Shown here: positions 1 to 8,886 of the stretch, one piece after another | Position numbering within the stretch: the stretch's first letter is position 1 | Layout of the letters: each line of letters starts with the position of its first letter | Virus record (IMG/VR): IMGVR_UViG_3300008954_000023 | Location: 1 to 64,000 of that record | Length of the DNA: 64,000 nucleotides | Strand: one strand, 5' to 3' | Origin: a virus | Notes under the pieces: model-generated | The model's database searches: none | Told to the model about the DNA's origin: nothing | Seen by the model: the letters and a program-made list of their open reading frames with translations, nothing else | Program-made: the position numbers and the translations under genes

Positions 1-1
1 C

Positions 2-340
2 CAGAACTTCACGCTCGTCGCCGACAGCCATGATCAGCACGAGCTGACCATCGCCGCCATCAAGGGTGTCCTTCTCGATAAGGGCGTTCTCACCGAGGAC
101 GAGTTCCAGGCGAAGCGGAACTACTTCCTACGGCTCATGCAGGAGGATCGAGAGCGGCGGCAGAAGGAGTTGGAGGCCAAGCTCGCAGAGGCTGAAGAGG
201 CAGAGGTAAAGGAAGAGCCCGAGGAAGACGATCCCAACAAGGATGTCGACCCCGAGCTCAAGCGGATGAAGCAGGCGGCCGTCTCAGCCGGCCAGTCCCG
301 CTCCGATCCGCCCGAAGCCACGATGTTCAGTCTGTCCTGA
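2..340 (+). CDS. Hypothetical protein, 5'-truncated by the window edge
   Basis: Frame is open from base 2 (QNFTLVADSHDQHEL...) to TGA at 340; GC3-rich codon usage; coiled-coil/acidic C-terminus. Confidence 0.7.
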   Translation, partial: QNFTLVADSHDQHELTIAAIKGVLLDKGVLTEDEFQAKRNYFLRLMQEDRERRQKELEAKLAEAEEAEVKEEPEEDDPNKDVDPELKRMKQAAVSAGQSRSDPPEATMFSLS

Positions 341-1100
341 CATACACCCGCTGCGAGGCCAGGCGCTTCACACCGATTTGGCCGACGAACCCACAGCGGC
401 AGACAAGGAACGAAGGCAACGAAGTTGCTTGGCCTTCGGCAGGACGAAGAAGGGTGGTTGCTCTGTAGCAGTCCGGGCAAGGTCCTCCGTCATCTTGCCG
501 TGCTTCGTAGGGCTGCATCTCGCTCATTGCTTGAACTCGGGACTGCTCAGGCTGTACGTCTTGTTCGGGAGAGCCGAATGTTCTTTCCCACTCCTCCTTC
601 CATGCTTCCCCCTTTCTCGTCAGCTCCCAACCTTCGGTGATAGTGGGTCCGTTCTTTATGGTCTCAAACAGACTGAGCCGACCAAGGCGCTGGATCACCC
701 TTCGAACAACGCCTTCACCGCACTTATAGATGGCGGCGATTTGGAAGTACGAGATGTCTTCTCGACGCAGCTGCGGGCCTCGGGCCTTGTACACGTGTAA
801 GAGGAACACGGAAGCTATGCTTCGACGATGTTCTGGGGCGGCTGTGTCCCAGTACACACTCTTATTTCGAAGCTGAGTTTCGGCGAAACGTCTCTTGTCC
901 TCTTCCTCTTCCAACTGAGTTCGGAGAGTAACGCACTGTTCTGTCCAGTCAGATGCGGCCGATGCCATTGTAGGCCCGATCGATGGTTGTCCACTCTCTT
1001 CGCTGCAGATGAGCTTTGCCAGATCGTTTTCTGAGAGTCGAAGGCCTTGCGCCTTGAGGGCCGTCTTCCATTCGGTCAGGCGCTCCCCGTTAACTGTCAC
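327..1100 (-). CDS. Hypothetical protein with possible winged-helix region and C-terminal Zn finger
   Basis: 257-aa ORF; ISYFQIAAIYKCGEGVVRRVIQRL...WELTRKG resembles a wHTH; CPDC...CRCG at the C-terminus. Confidence 0.6.
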   Translation of the reverse strand: MTVNGERLTEWKTALKAQGLRLSENDLAKLICSEESGQPSIGPTMASAASDWTEQCVTLRTQLEEEEDKRRFAETQLRNKSVYWDTAAPEHRRSIASVFLLHVYKARGPQLRREDISYFQIAAIYKCGEGVVRRVIQRLGRLSLFETIKNGPTITEGWELTRKGEAWKEEWERTFGSPEQDVQPEQSRVQAMSEMQPYEARQDDGGPCPDCYRATTLLRPAEGQATSLPSFLVCRCGFVGQIGVKRLASQRVYVRTD

Positions 1101-1335
1101 TACCAGTAGTCTCCACTGTAGGTTCCTCCTCGAAGAACTCTATGAAGTTTGTGCTGTGCCCACACTCCAGGCACTTTGCCGGCGCGTTCAGGTCCATGTC
1201 CGAACTCTCGGACCGGAAGTCATCCCAGCCGTCGTCATCCACCGTAGCTGTACCGTGCATGGTGATTCCGACTGTGAAGGGGCCCTCGCTCTTGCACTTC
1301 GGGCAAGCGGCCCCCTCCAGTAAGTTGGTGTTCAT
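1090..1335 (-). CDS. Small Zn-ribbon protein
   Basis: ATGA overlap with the upstream stop at 1332-1335; CPKC...CLEC. Confidence 0.7.
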   Translation of the reverse strand: MNTNLLEGAACPKCKSEGPFTVGITMHGTATVDDDGWDDFRSESSDMDLNAPAKCLECGHSTNFIEFFEEEPTVETTGSDS

Positions 1336-1745
1336 CTCTCTCCTCTGTGTAGGCGAACCCAGCACAAGGCCCACACGTCCCCGGTCTCTGGGTCACGCCG
1401 GGCGATACCGTCGTCCAGGGTCCCGTCCTTGTCCCGAACCTGAACAGTCACCAGGTCATCACTATCGGTGATTCCCTGCATCTCCATGTCATTGAGCTCA
1501 GCAGCCTCATAGACCGGCTTCAAGTCCAGAATCGTGAGGAACTCGTCCTCTGCAGCCGCTTCTTCCAGGGGCTTCCCGTCATAGTCGCAGTCGTTGCAGT
1601 GGTACGACTGCGACCCTCCAAGGTCCACCCAGTCGAATCCTTCTTCCTCAGCTCCATCCCTCATCTCATTGAGGGAGAACGAGGCACGTGCGATGACACT
1701 CACCTGAAAGCTGCCGCACTTCGCGCAGCTGAAGATGAGGCTCAC
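1332..1745 (-). CDS. Zn-ribbon hypothetical protein
   Basis: CAKC...CNDC; coupled start/stop overlaps on both sides. Confidence 0.7.
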   Translation of the reverse strand: MSLIFSCAKCGSFQVSVIARASFSLNEMRDGAEEEGFDWVDLGGSQSYHCNDCDYDGKPLEEAAAEDEFLTILDLKPVYEAAELNDMEMQGITDSDDLVTVQVRDKDGTLDDGIARRDPETGDVWALCWVRLHRGER

Positions 1746-1954
1746 TCCTCGATCTCGATGTACTCGCGGTACTTGTCACCGCCGTTCATCACGACCGGAA
1801 TGGCCGGGTGCAGACCCTTCAGATGCAGTGTCACAACGGTGAGCTCGAAGCTGTGGAAGGTCACTGCCTTCCCCGCAGCCCGCTCCTTGTTGGCTCGTGC
1901 GATGAGCCGTGTGGTCTTCCCGCTCTTGGCGGGACCAGTCTCTTCAACGATCAT
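1742..1954 (-). CDS. Small P-loop-containing protein (resembles a thymidine kinase N-terminus only)
   Basis: MIVEETGPAKSGKTTRLI = Walker A GxxxxGKT; only ~70 aa. Confidence 0.55.
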   Translation of the reverse strand: MIVEETGPAKSGKTTRLIARANKERAAGKAVTFHSFELTVVTLHLKGLHPAIPVVMNGGDKYREYIEIEE

Positions 1955-2159
1955 CGGTCTTCTCCTTGAACTGCTGTGTGACGCTCGCCACAAGGGCATC
2001 GGCCGCTTCGTGGTCGAGCCAGTGCATCACAGCCTCTGTGGTCTTGTCTCGTTTTTCGTCCCAGTCCCCATGTTCCGGTTCTGGGACATCTATGACCGCC
2101 TCATAGGGGCCATAGTCCAGAGATTCGATGTGGATACTGACAACTACTTCTCTACTCAT
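1944..2159 (-). CDS. Hypothetical protein
   Basis: 71-aa ORF in a tightly packed minus-strand operon. Confidence 0.6.
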   Translation of the reverse strand: MSREVVVSIHIESLDYGPYEAVIDVPEPEHGDWDEKRDKTTEAVMHWLDHEAADALVASVTQQFKEKTDDR

Positions 2160-2461
2160 GGTTTCTTCTTCCTCCGCCTCTTTCGCCGTTCCAGGAACTC
2201 CTCGAGGCTGGCGTGCTCGCCTTTCTCCCGTGATTCTTCTTCGTCAGGAGACTCAACACATCCGAAGATCTTGGACTGTGGTATCTCGTAGGGCTTCGTC
2301 TCCACCAGCCTGTTGTGGAAGAGCTCCTGCTTGTGGGTGTAGCCTTTGATCTCTGGGAGCCCTTTCAGATGTAGGGCGTAGGGCTCCTCCTTGGTGTGCT
2401 CGCAGTCGCCAGGGTTCGCCTCGCAGACATCACACACGAAGGTCCCCGCAGGGACCGTCAT
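2156..2461 (-). CDS. Hypothetical protein (N-terminal CxxC...CxH, basic tail)
   Basis: CDVC...CEH; C-terminal RRKRRRKKKP. Confidence 0.6.
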   Translation of the reverse strand: MTVPAGTFVCDVCEANPGDCEHTKEEPYALHLKGLPEIKGYTHKQELFHNRLVETKPYEIPQSKIFGCVESPDEEESREKGEHASLEEFLERRKRRRKKKP

Positions 2462-2487
2462 CGGTGCAGTAGGGCCTCAGTCCCGGC

Positions 2488-2766
2488 TCATGCCCAAGTC
2501 TCCTCATCGGGGTCGTTGATGTTGGGGACGTTCTTCTCACCCCAAAACCTACGACAGTCCTTCCGAACAAAGAGACGGTTCTTCCGGAGCTTCAACATGC
2601 AGTAGAGCTCACGGCCCTCTTCAATGTCGCTGCGGATGCCTTCTTCCGTGATCCAGGATCTCCAGCCCGCGAACGATGCAACGTCCTGCCAGCCCTCCGA
2701 GCTGAGCCAATCCAGTTCAGGAAAGACTCGCTTCAGCTCTTGAAGCTCAGCCTCAGTCAGAGGCAT
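2488..2766 (-). CDS. Hypothetical protein
   Basis: ATG overlaps the ligase stop (TGATG). Confidence 0.6.
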   Translation of the reverse strand: MPLTEAELQELKRVFPELDWLSSEGWQDVASFAGWRSWITEEGIRSDIEEGRELYCMLKLRKNRLFVRKDCRRFWGEKNVPNINDPDEETWA

Positions 2767-4157
2767 CACCCTATCGGCCCCAGCTTGTCGTCTATGCACT
2801 CCTCCGGCTGCTTGTCGTCCCGGACTCTGAAGACTCGCGGGTACGTGAGCGCGTTGGTCTTGTCTCCAGAGGAGACGTAGGTCCGCTCCGTGTACTGAAC
2901 CTCGATCACCATGGGGTACTTGCCGGGAGTGGAGTACTTCGCGCGGAAGTCATCGGTGATGCCTCCGCCGCACTCACAGATGTAGACCAAGTCACCAGTC
3001 TGGTTGTACTGGTACAGAGAGACTGCTCCGACCTTGCCGCGGTTGTTGCCCTTCCCCCACTTCCCCTGCTTCCCGTTCCCCTTCGTGTTGTTGGGATCGA
3101 AGTATGCGACGAAGTCACCTTCGTAGACCGGCTTCAGCTTGCCGCAGAACGCGCCTGGCCTGTCTGGCTTCCCACGCAGATTGTAGCCGCGATCTTCGTA
3201 GACGCCGTCAGGGTCGACTACGACCCAGCCTTCCCAGCCGTTGAGCTTCGCGAAGAGCTGTGCCTGCTCTACCAGGCTCTCGGGAAGCTCCTCATCCTCA
3301 CCCAGCAGCGGCTGGAGGGCCCGTCCGAGTTGTGCATGCGGCTCCCATACGTCCACCGGGATGACCCAGCTGGAGCCATCCCACTCGCCGCCGAAGACGT
3401 CCCACAGGAGCTCGAACCGTTCCCGTACGGGAGTCTCCGTGAGAAGGTCTCGTCCTCCCCAGAACGCGATGTCCCAGCAGTAGAAGAGCAGATTTCCGCC
3501 CAACTCCTGCTTCCGAACGGCAGCGTCAGTCAGAGACTTCATGACGCTCGCCACGTCCCACCGCAGATCGTCCTCTGTGTCAGCGACGATATCTCCCAGC
3601 AGGATGGTTCCCGGAGGGATGTCCTCTCGCTTCTCGATCTCTTCTGCGATATGGACGAACCGGTCTACCCACTCCAGCTCTGTGTCCGCCTCGAGGTGAT
3701 GGGACTTGAGCATCCGACGGGAGTAGATGTCCACCCAGCCCGAGAGCTTTTTGATGATGATCATCATCTCGCCATCACGCTTCCGCCCGAGCCAGGCATG
3801 TCCGCTCTCAACCTTCTTGGTGAGCGTGGCGGAGAGGGTGTTCGCCGGCTTGTAGAAGCACAGACTCGAGGGTGTGTTCTCGAGGATGGACTGCGGTGTC
3901 CACTGTTCCAGCAGATTCCCTTCCGTGTAGCCGGCCCGTGTCTTCTTGAGGATCATCCGCTCGGCCTGGTTTTGAGCGTCGTCCTCGGCCGAGACTTCGT
4001 TCTTCCGGCCTGCGTTCTTCACGACACCGACATCAACTACGGTCTGCATCGCACCACCGAGCTCTCCGTACTCAGTGTGGATCTCGTGGCCACGCACTTC
4101 GATCTTCCAGACGCGTATCTTCCCGGTACGCGCCCACTGTCGAAACTCTCGCATCAT
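2766..4157 (-). CDS. lig: ATP-dependent DNA ligase with N-terminal WGR-like domain
   Basis: Motif I KRDG, IIIa FYCWDI, IV EGWVV, V KLKP, OB-fold VIEVQY...YPRVFRVRDDK; N-terminal WKIEV...TEYGELG...K.RAGY is WGR-like. Confidence 0.9.
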   Translation of the reverse strand: MMREFRQWARTGKIRVWKIEVRGHEIHTEYGELGGAMQTVVDVGVVKNAGRKNEVSAEDDAQNQAERMILKKTRAGYTEGNLLEQWTPQSILENTPSSLCFYKPANTLSATLTKKVESGHAWLGRKRDGEMMIIIKKLSGWVDIYSRRMLKSHHLEADTELEWVDRFVHIAEEIEKREDIPPGTILLGDIVADTEDDLRWDVASVMKSLTDAAVRKQELGGNLLFYCWDIAFWGGRDLLTETPVRERFELLWDVFGGEWDGSSWVIPVDVWEPHAQLGRALQPLLGEDEELPESLVEQAQLFAKLNGWEGWVVVDPDGVYEDRGYNLRGKPDRPGAFCGKLKPVYEGDFVAYFDPNNTKGNGKQGKWGKGNNRGKVGAVSLYQYNQTGDLVYICECGGGITDDFRAKYSTPGKYPMVIEVQYTERTYVSSGDKTNALTYPRVFRVRDDKQPEECIDDKLGPIG

Positions 4158-4171
4158 GCTATATGTTCTCC

Positions 4172-4396
4172 ATGAAAATCAACGTATCCTGCCTCCCGAC
4201 TGCAAACGCCGCAGACAAGAAGAAGGCCATCGAGGATGAGCTTCAGGCATATAACGCCTGGTTCTCCAAGCCTCGAAGTGACGGAGGAGCCGGAAACTCA
4301 CCACTCCATCCGCAGGAGGTGGTGATGATCCGGACCTATCTCACAGCCCGCTTGGGCGGCCTTTTCCCGGGTGCTGAAGGCAGTGGACAGTCTTGA
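4172..4396 (+). CDS. Hypothetical protein on the opposite strand to its neighbours
   Basis: 74-aa ORF fills the gap between minus-strand genes; GC3-rich. Confidence 0.5.
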   Translation: MKINVSCLPTANAADKKKAIEDELQAYNAWFSKPRSDGGAGNSPLHPQEVVMIRTYLTARLGGLFPGAEGSGQS

Positions 4397-4644
4397 AGCC
4401 CTTCCCTCGTTCCTGAGTCCACGAGGGTACTCTCCAGGGTTCCGGGTATCCGCCTGTTGTCGTCATCCACTTCCCAGGAGACGTCGCAGATGTTGAAGGT
4501 AGTCCCCCTGCGTACGACGAACATCCCGGAGATGCTTCCTTCGTATTCATCTACTGAAGACAAGGTCCAGTCAGTGCAGGAGGAACAGGTGTAAACCCCA
4601 TCATCCTCATTCAGGATGTGAGAGGGGTCGATAGGACATCGCAT
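4336..4644 (-). CDS. Zn-ribbon hypothetical protein
   Basis: CPIDPSH...CSSC; SD-like GAGGTG upstream of ATG. Confidence 0.6.
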   Translation of the reverse strand: MRCPIDPSHILNEDDGVYTCSSCTDWTLSSVDEYEGSISGMFVVRRGTTFNICDVSWEVDDDNRRIPGTLESTLVDSGTREGLQDCPLPSAPGKRPPKRAVR

Positions 4645-4781
4645 AAATCACCTCATCCCTAAAGATCTCGTGCACACGAGAAGCCGGCTAACCGTCGACG
4701 CCGAAGCCCTTGGTCCTCAGTGAGTCACACACGGTGCTGAGTCCGACCGCAGCATCAACTTGTACCTCTTATGGCTAAACT

Positions 4782-4804
4782 TGGGCCTCTTTTTAGGAGG
4801 CCCA
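4782..4804 (-). terminator. Hairpin, possible intrinsic terminator after the 4833-5234 gene
   Basis: TGGGCCTC...GAGGCCCA inverted repeat; only a short U-tract follows on the minus strand. Confidence 0.5.
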
Positions 4805-4832
4805 CCGAGGCGGGAACGGACGGGGCGAGCCT

Positions 4833-5234
4833 CTACTCGTCGGGCTCGACGTATGACGGGACCTTCGGCAAGGTCCCGTCCGGGTTTGGCGTCGGAGCCT
4901 CCGTCAGGCCCAGTAGTCTCCACCGCCGCGCCTGATCGCGGGTGGCGTGGGAGATGATGGTGTCGATGTCGTCCCAGTCGCCCAGAAGGGCCGCGGAGTC
5001 GCACCGGGCCTCCTCGTGGAACCATAGGGCAAGCCCGTAGGTCCAGGACCACGTCAAGAACCGAGCCTTCCGGCTCAGCTCCGCGGAAGGGTCGAGCCCC
5101 TTCCGCGTAGCGGCCTCGGTAACCTGCTTCCTTTTCTTCTTCTTGTCGCGCAGATCCTTCTGCGCGACGACGGTGTCGCCGATGTTGTTCAAGACCATTC
5201 CCGCCATAACGGCCGGAATGACCCCAGAAGCCAT
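4833..5234 (-). CDS. Hypothetical protein
   Basis: 133-aa ORF with strong GC3 bias, followed by a hairpin. Confidence 0.65.
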   Translation of the reverse strand: MASGVIPAVMAGMVLNNIGDTVVAQKDLRDKKKKRKQVTEAATRKGLDPSAELSRKARFLTWSWTYGLALWFHEEARCDSAALLGDWDDIDTIISHATRDQARRWRLLGLTEAPTPNPDGTLPKVPSYVEPDE

Positions 5235-5370
5235 GGCAACGAGAGCGAGGGGGATAGGTATGAGCGCTCCTAAGCATGAATGGGGTTGTTGGGTACGATA
5301 TTCTTATGCCTGAAAACAGCCCTCAGATGGTCATTTTCGCCTAAGTCCTCCTTGGCCTGTTGAAGGGCGA

Positions 5371-5376
5371 TAGACT
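5371..5376 (+). promoter_or_regulatory. Possible -10 element (TAGACT) 6 nt upstream of the tape-measure ATG, suggesting a leaderless transcript
   Basis: TAGACT-gagatc-ATG with no SD; the same hexamer occurs at 13352-13357 in the next plus-strand intergenic gap. Confidence 0.35.
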
Positions 5377-5382
5377 GAGATC

Positions 5383-8300
5383 ATGCCGTACCCTGTCCCA
5401 CAGCCCGTACCTGGTCCTTCGCAGTACCCGCCGAGCTTCCACTACGGGTACGGCCACCACCAGGCCACGCCCGCCTTCACGGATCCCGGCACAATGGCCG
5501 GAGTGGGTGTGGGAGCCGTAGGCTCCGCGCCTCAGCTTTTCATGGGGGCCGGAATGGCCGCCGGTATAGGCACCATACTGGCTCGCAACTCCGTGTTCTT
5601 GAGCAAAGCCCAGTACATGGACCCAATGGCTGCTGGGATTAACCGGATCTCTGCGCAGGGCGCAGCCGGAGCCGCTGCTGCTGGAGGTAGCTGGGGGAGT
5701 GCTGGAGGGATCGCACAAGGGATCGGAGGCATTGCTCGTGGAGCAGGGGGCTCCCTGCTGGGAGCTGGCGGGCTCATGTTGGGGGCCGGCATGGCTGCTA
5801 CGGCGGGAGCTCACTACGCCGGGCAGCGGTTCATCCGTGGCGGAGGAGAGCAGCAACAGCTCAATGCGCAGCTTTCCGGTATGGGCTTCGCCAATGCTAT
5901 GTCTCCTACAGGTCGCGGATTCGGCCATGGTGAGCTCAATCAGATCGGCTCTGCGATGCGAGAGTTCGAGGCGGCCGATCCTTTCACGACCATGCGTGAC
6001 ATGAACCAGATGATGGATCGGTTCCTTGGCATGGGGATGGAGCAGGGCGTCCAGGATGCTCGGGAGTTCAGTCAGAAGTTCACCAAGTTCACAGACGCGA
6101 TGCGTGACATCGCCACTACCCTCGGTACTACCCTCGACGATGCCTCCAAGTTCTTCGGCAGCATGCGTAGCTCTGGCTTCTACTCCTCTCGTGAGGTGAT
6201 GGGGAACGTCTTCCAGATGGAGGCCGCAGCCGGTATGGGAATGGGTCGTGAGACCTTCGTAGGGATGCAGTCCGGCGCGGCATCGGGAACCCGTCAGATG
6301 GGCATGACGGGTCGTGCAGGCGGAGCCATGTCCTCGCGCTTTGCTCGAGATCTCCTCTCAGGATCTCAGAGCGCAGAGAGTGGTGGCCTTGGATTGTTCA
6401 CAAGTGAACGGCTCATGGACATCACCGGGGCAGGTTCGGGGGCTGAAGCTGCGGCAGCTCTGGGCCAGCGATTCACTGGAGTGATGAGTCAGTTCCTGCA
6501 GTCAGAAGCCGGGCAGGCACTTGCTGCAGGTGTTGGAGAGGTGGATGAGGAGGGCAGGTTTACAGGAGGAGTAAGTGAGGCGCAGATGGCTCGCTTCGCG
6601 TCTGGAGAGCTGGGTGTCAAGGACTTTGCCAGGATCGGCTCAAAGCGTCTCAACTCCAAGAAGGGAAAAGCCTCCTTCATGACGAACCGACAGGGGATCT
6701 CATCCTCGATTATGGAGCATAAGCAGGGGCTCGATACTGTGTACGCCTCCATCGAGAAGACGGCGACGGAGCACTTCCGGGGTACCGTTGATGATGATGA
6801 CGCAGTTCAACTCTTCATGCAGCATATGTTGGGTGTGAGGGAGCACGAAGGCGAGATCATTGCTGAGATGGCCAAGGCCAGTGGTGAGCTCCGTACGAAG
6901 GCTCTTCAGCGGATGCGGGAGCAACAGTCCATCGCCAGTATGCGCCTTCGTATGCGACGAGATCACACTCTTGAAGGCTTCAAACAGAAGTACATGGGTG
7001 GCGGAGAGGACTGGGCATCCTTCATTGGGCAGGCAGGTGCAGACTTCGGCACGGGTATCGACAAGATGCAGCAGGGAGCGATGGACTCCATTCTCGGCAT
7101 CGAACGACGGAACATCACCTCGGCTTCACAACGGCACTCACTTCGCAGCCTGATGAGTGGAGAGACTACCGCGAATCTGCCGACCTTCTCTGAGGGCGAC
7201 TTCGCCAAAGGTTCCACTCTGGGAAACCTCGCACGTGGCTCTGGCTCTTCGGCCGCTACCAGCATGCTCAACGCCGCAATCATGGGCGGAGACATCGGAG
7301 GGGATCTGGGGCTGAACGAGCATCAGGGACGGATCGCGCGCCAGAGGCTGGGTGCCAAGGCCACCAAAGACGAGGGTAAGGCCATCCTCTTCAAGCTCCA
7401 GCGTGCTCGGAGCCAAGGGGATGAAGGAGCTGCGAAGACGTACTTGGAAGAGTTCAAGGCGTATACGAAGAAGACCATGCGTGGGGCCATTGTCCCGGGC
7501 AAAGAGTCTTCCGCCGCCGCCTTCTTCGCTCGGGAGCTTGGCAGCAGCGATCTTGCTCGTTCACTCATTCTTGAAGATTCGCCGGAAGGGAAGACCTTCG
7601 GCGCGGTCCAAGACATCGAAGGAGGTATCCGTGGGGTTGCCTCTGTTCTGGGTCTTGGGAAGTACGCAGACGAGCTGGTAGAAGGAGGTCCTGCGGCACA
7701 AGCTCTCGGAGAACTTGCTCGGGCGCAGCGGGAGAGCGGCGGCGCAGACATGCGTGACATCTTCGCCCAGCTGGCTCAGGAGGCCCCGGACAGCTTCATG
7801 AACCTGTCAGGAGAGGCAAGAGCACAGGCCTTGGCAAATATGTTCAATAAGCGGTTCAAGGGCGGCAAGATGACGGCCGCAGGTGTGTCGCGTGTTGAAG
7901 AGATGCTTCAGTCTGCAGGCCGTGAAGGTCGGATCAACTACACCAAAGGTCGTCGAACGGGAGAGGCCGAAGAGATCATTGGTCGATCAGGTCGTGTGAG
8001 CGGCTATCACGGTTCAGATGCGTCACTCCTTCAGATGCTCGGCTCACGCGCTGAGCAGGGCATCGTCGACACCAACGTTATGCGGATGCGGGACTCTGCT
8101 CGTGTCGCACTTGGAGCAGCACCAGAAGAGCTCCGCCGAGCTCTTGGCGACTCCTACACAGGTCTCATGGGAGCCTTCGAGAAGGACAAGCTCTCGGGCG
8201 GGGACCTCTCCGCTGCGGCCGAAGCTGTGCTTGGGCAAGTCGAGGGCGGAGCACTCAAGGGTGTAGGAGGCGGTGCGATCTTCCGTGAGGTTGCAGAGCT

Positions 8301-8673
8301 TCGCCGTCGAGGGCGCGGGGCCACATCTATTGAGGGCCTTGCCAAGGTCTTTGGTCAGTCGACAGAAGGGCTGATGGGCCTGAGTGTTGAGGGTGTGAAC
8401 CTCACGGACGGTATGTCGGCCTCGGAGAAGGAAGCACTGGTCAAGCGGCTGTCTCAGGAAGAGCTCTTGGGACAGATTACAGCAGGCACAGGTGGTGGCG
8501 TGTTCCTTCGGGGAGAAAGCAACGAGCATCGTATGCGGCTCATGCTGGACCAGACGGCCGAGAAGGTGCAGCAGATGTCGGAATCGGTGCACGGGATGAT
8601 TAGCTCCGTCAACCAGCTGCCATTCCTGTCGATGAGTGGCGGTGATGAACCGAAGAAGGATGGACCTCCCTGA
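5383..8673 (+). CDS. Tail tape measure protein (putative)
   Basis: 1096 aa, Gly/Ala/Met-rich and helical, at the head of the tail/baseplate operon. Confidence 0.75.
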   Translation: MPYPVPQPVPGPSQYPPSFHYGYGHHQATPAFTDPGTMAGVGVGAVGSAPQLFMGAGMAAGIGTILARNSVFLSKAQYMDPMAAGINRISAQGAAGAAAAGGSWGSAGGIAQGIGGIARGAGGSLLGAGGLMLGAGMAATAGAHYAGQRFIRGGGEQQQLNAQLSGMGFANAMSPTGRGFGHGELNQIGSAMREFEAADPFTTMRDMNQMMDRFLGMGMEQGVQDAREFSQKFTKFTDAMRDIATTLGTTLDDASKFFGSMRSSGFYSSREVMGNVFQMEAAAGMGMGRETFVGMQSGAASGTRQMGMTGRAGGAMSSRFARDLLSGSQSAESGGLGLFTSERLMDITGAGSGAEAAAALGQRFTGVMSQFLQSEAGQALAAGVGEVDEEGRFTGGVSEAQMARFASGELGVKDFARIGSKRLNSKKGKASFMTNRQGISSSIMEHKQGLDTVYASIEKTATEHFRGTVDDDDAVQLFMQHMLGVREHEGEIIAEMAKASGELRTKALQRMREQQSIASMRLRMRRDHTLEGFKQKYMGGGEDWASFIGQAGADFGTGIDKMQQGAMDSILGIERRNITSASQRHSLRSLMSGETTANLPTFSEGDFAKGSTLGNLARGSGSSAATSMLNAAIMGGDIGGDLGLNEHQGRIARQRLGAKATKDEGKAILFKLQRARSQGDEGAAKTYLEEFKAYTKKTMRGAIVPGKESSAAAFFARELGSSDLARSLILEDSPEGKTFGAVQDIEGGIRGVASVLGLGKYADELVEGGPAAQALGELARAQRESGGADMRDIFAQLAQEAPDSFMNLSGEARAQALANMFNKRFKGGKMTAAGVSRVEEMLQSAGREGRINYTKGRRTGEAEEIIGRSGRVSGYHGSDASLLQMLGSRAEQGIVDTNVMRMRDSARVALGAAPEELRRALGDSYTGLMGAFEKDKLSGGDLSAAAEAVLGQVEGGALKGVGGGAIFREVAELRRRGRGATSIEGLAKVFGQSTEGLMGLSVEGVNLTDGMSASEKEALVKRLSQEELLGQITAGTGGGVFLRGESNEHRMRLMLDQTAEKVQQMSESVHGMISSVNQLPFLSMSGGDEPKKDGPP

Positions 8674-8885
8674 TGTCTCGAACAGAAACATCCTTCGAGA
8701 TCACGGGTCCCACGGGACGAAAGCGGAAGGTCACGCTCCTCTCGCACGTCACAGTAGATGATCTCATGCGCGTAGGCTTGAAGGCCTACATGGCGGAGGC
8801 CTATTTGGGTGATGAGTACGAATCGCCCTTCAGCCGGGAAGTGCGCGATATGATCGTTCTTTCACGGACCACGAACAGGAGTTGA
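8673..8885 (+). CDS. Small hypothetical protein
   Basis: TGATG coupling to the tape measure gene. Confidence 0.65.
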   Translation: MSRTETSFEITGPTGRKRKVTLLSHVTVDDLMRVGLKAYMAEAYLGDEYESPFSREVRDMIVLSRTTNRS

Positions 8886-8886
8886 T

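Noticed and set aside
4690-4725. Hammerhead ribozyme (CUGAGGA on the minus strand)
   Set aside because: The required GAAA after stem II is absent
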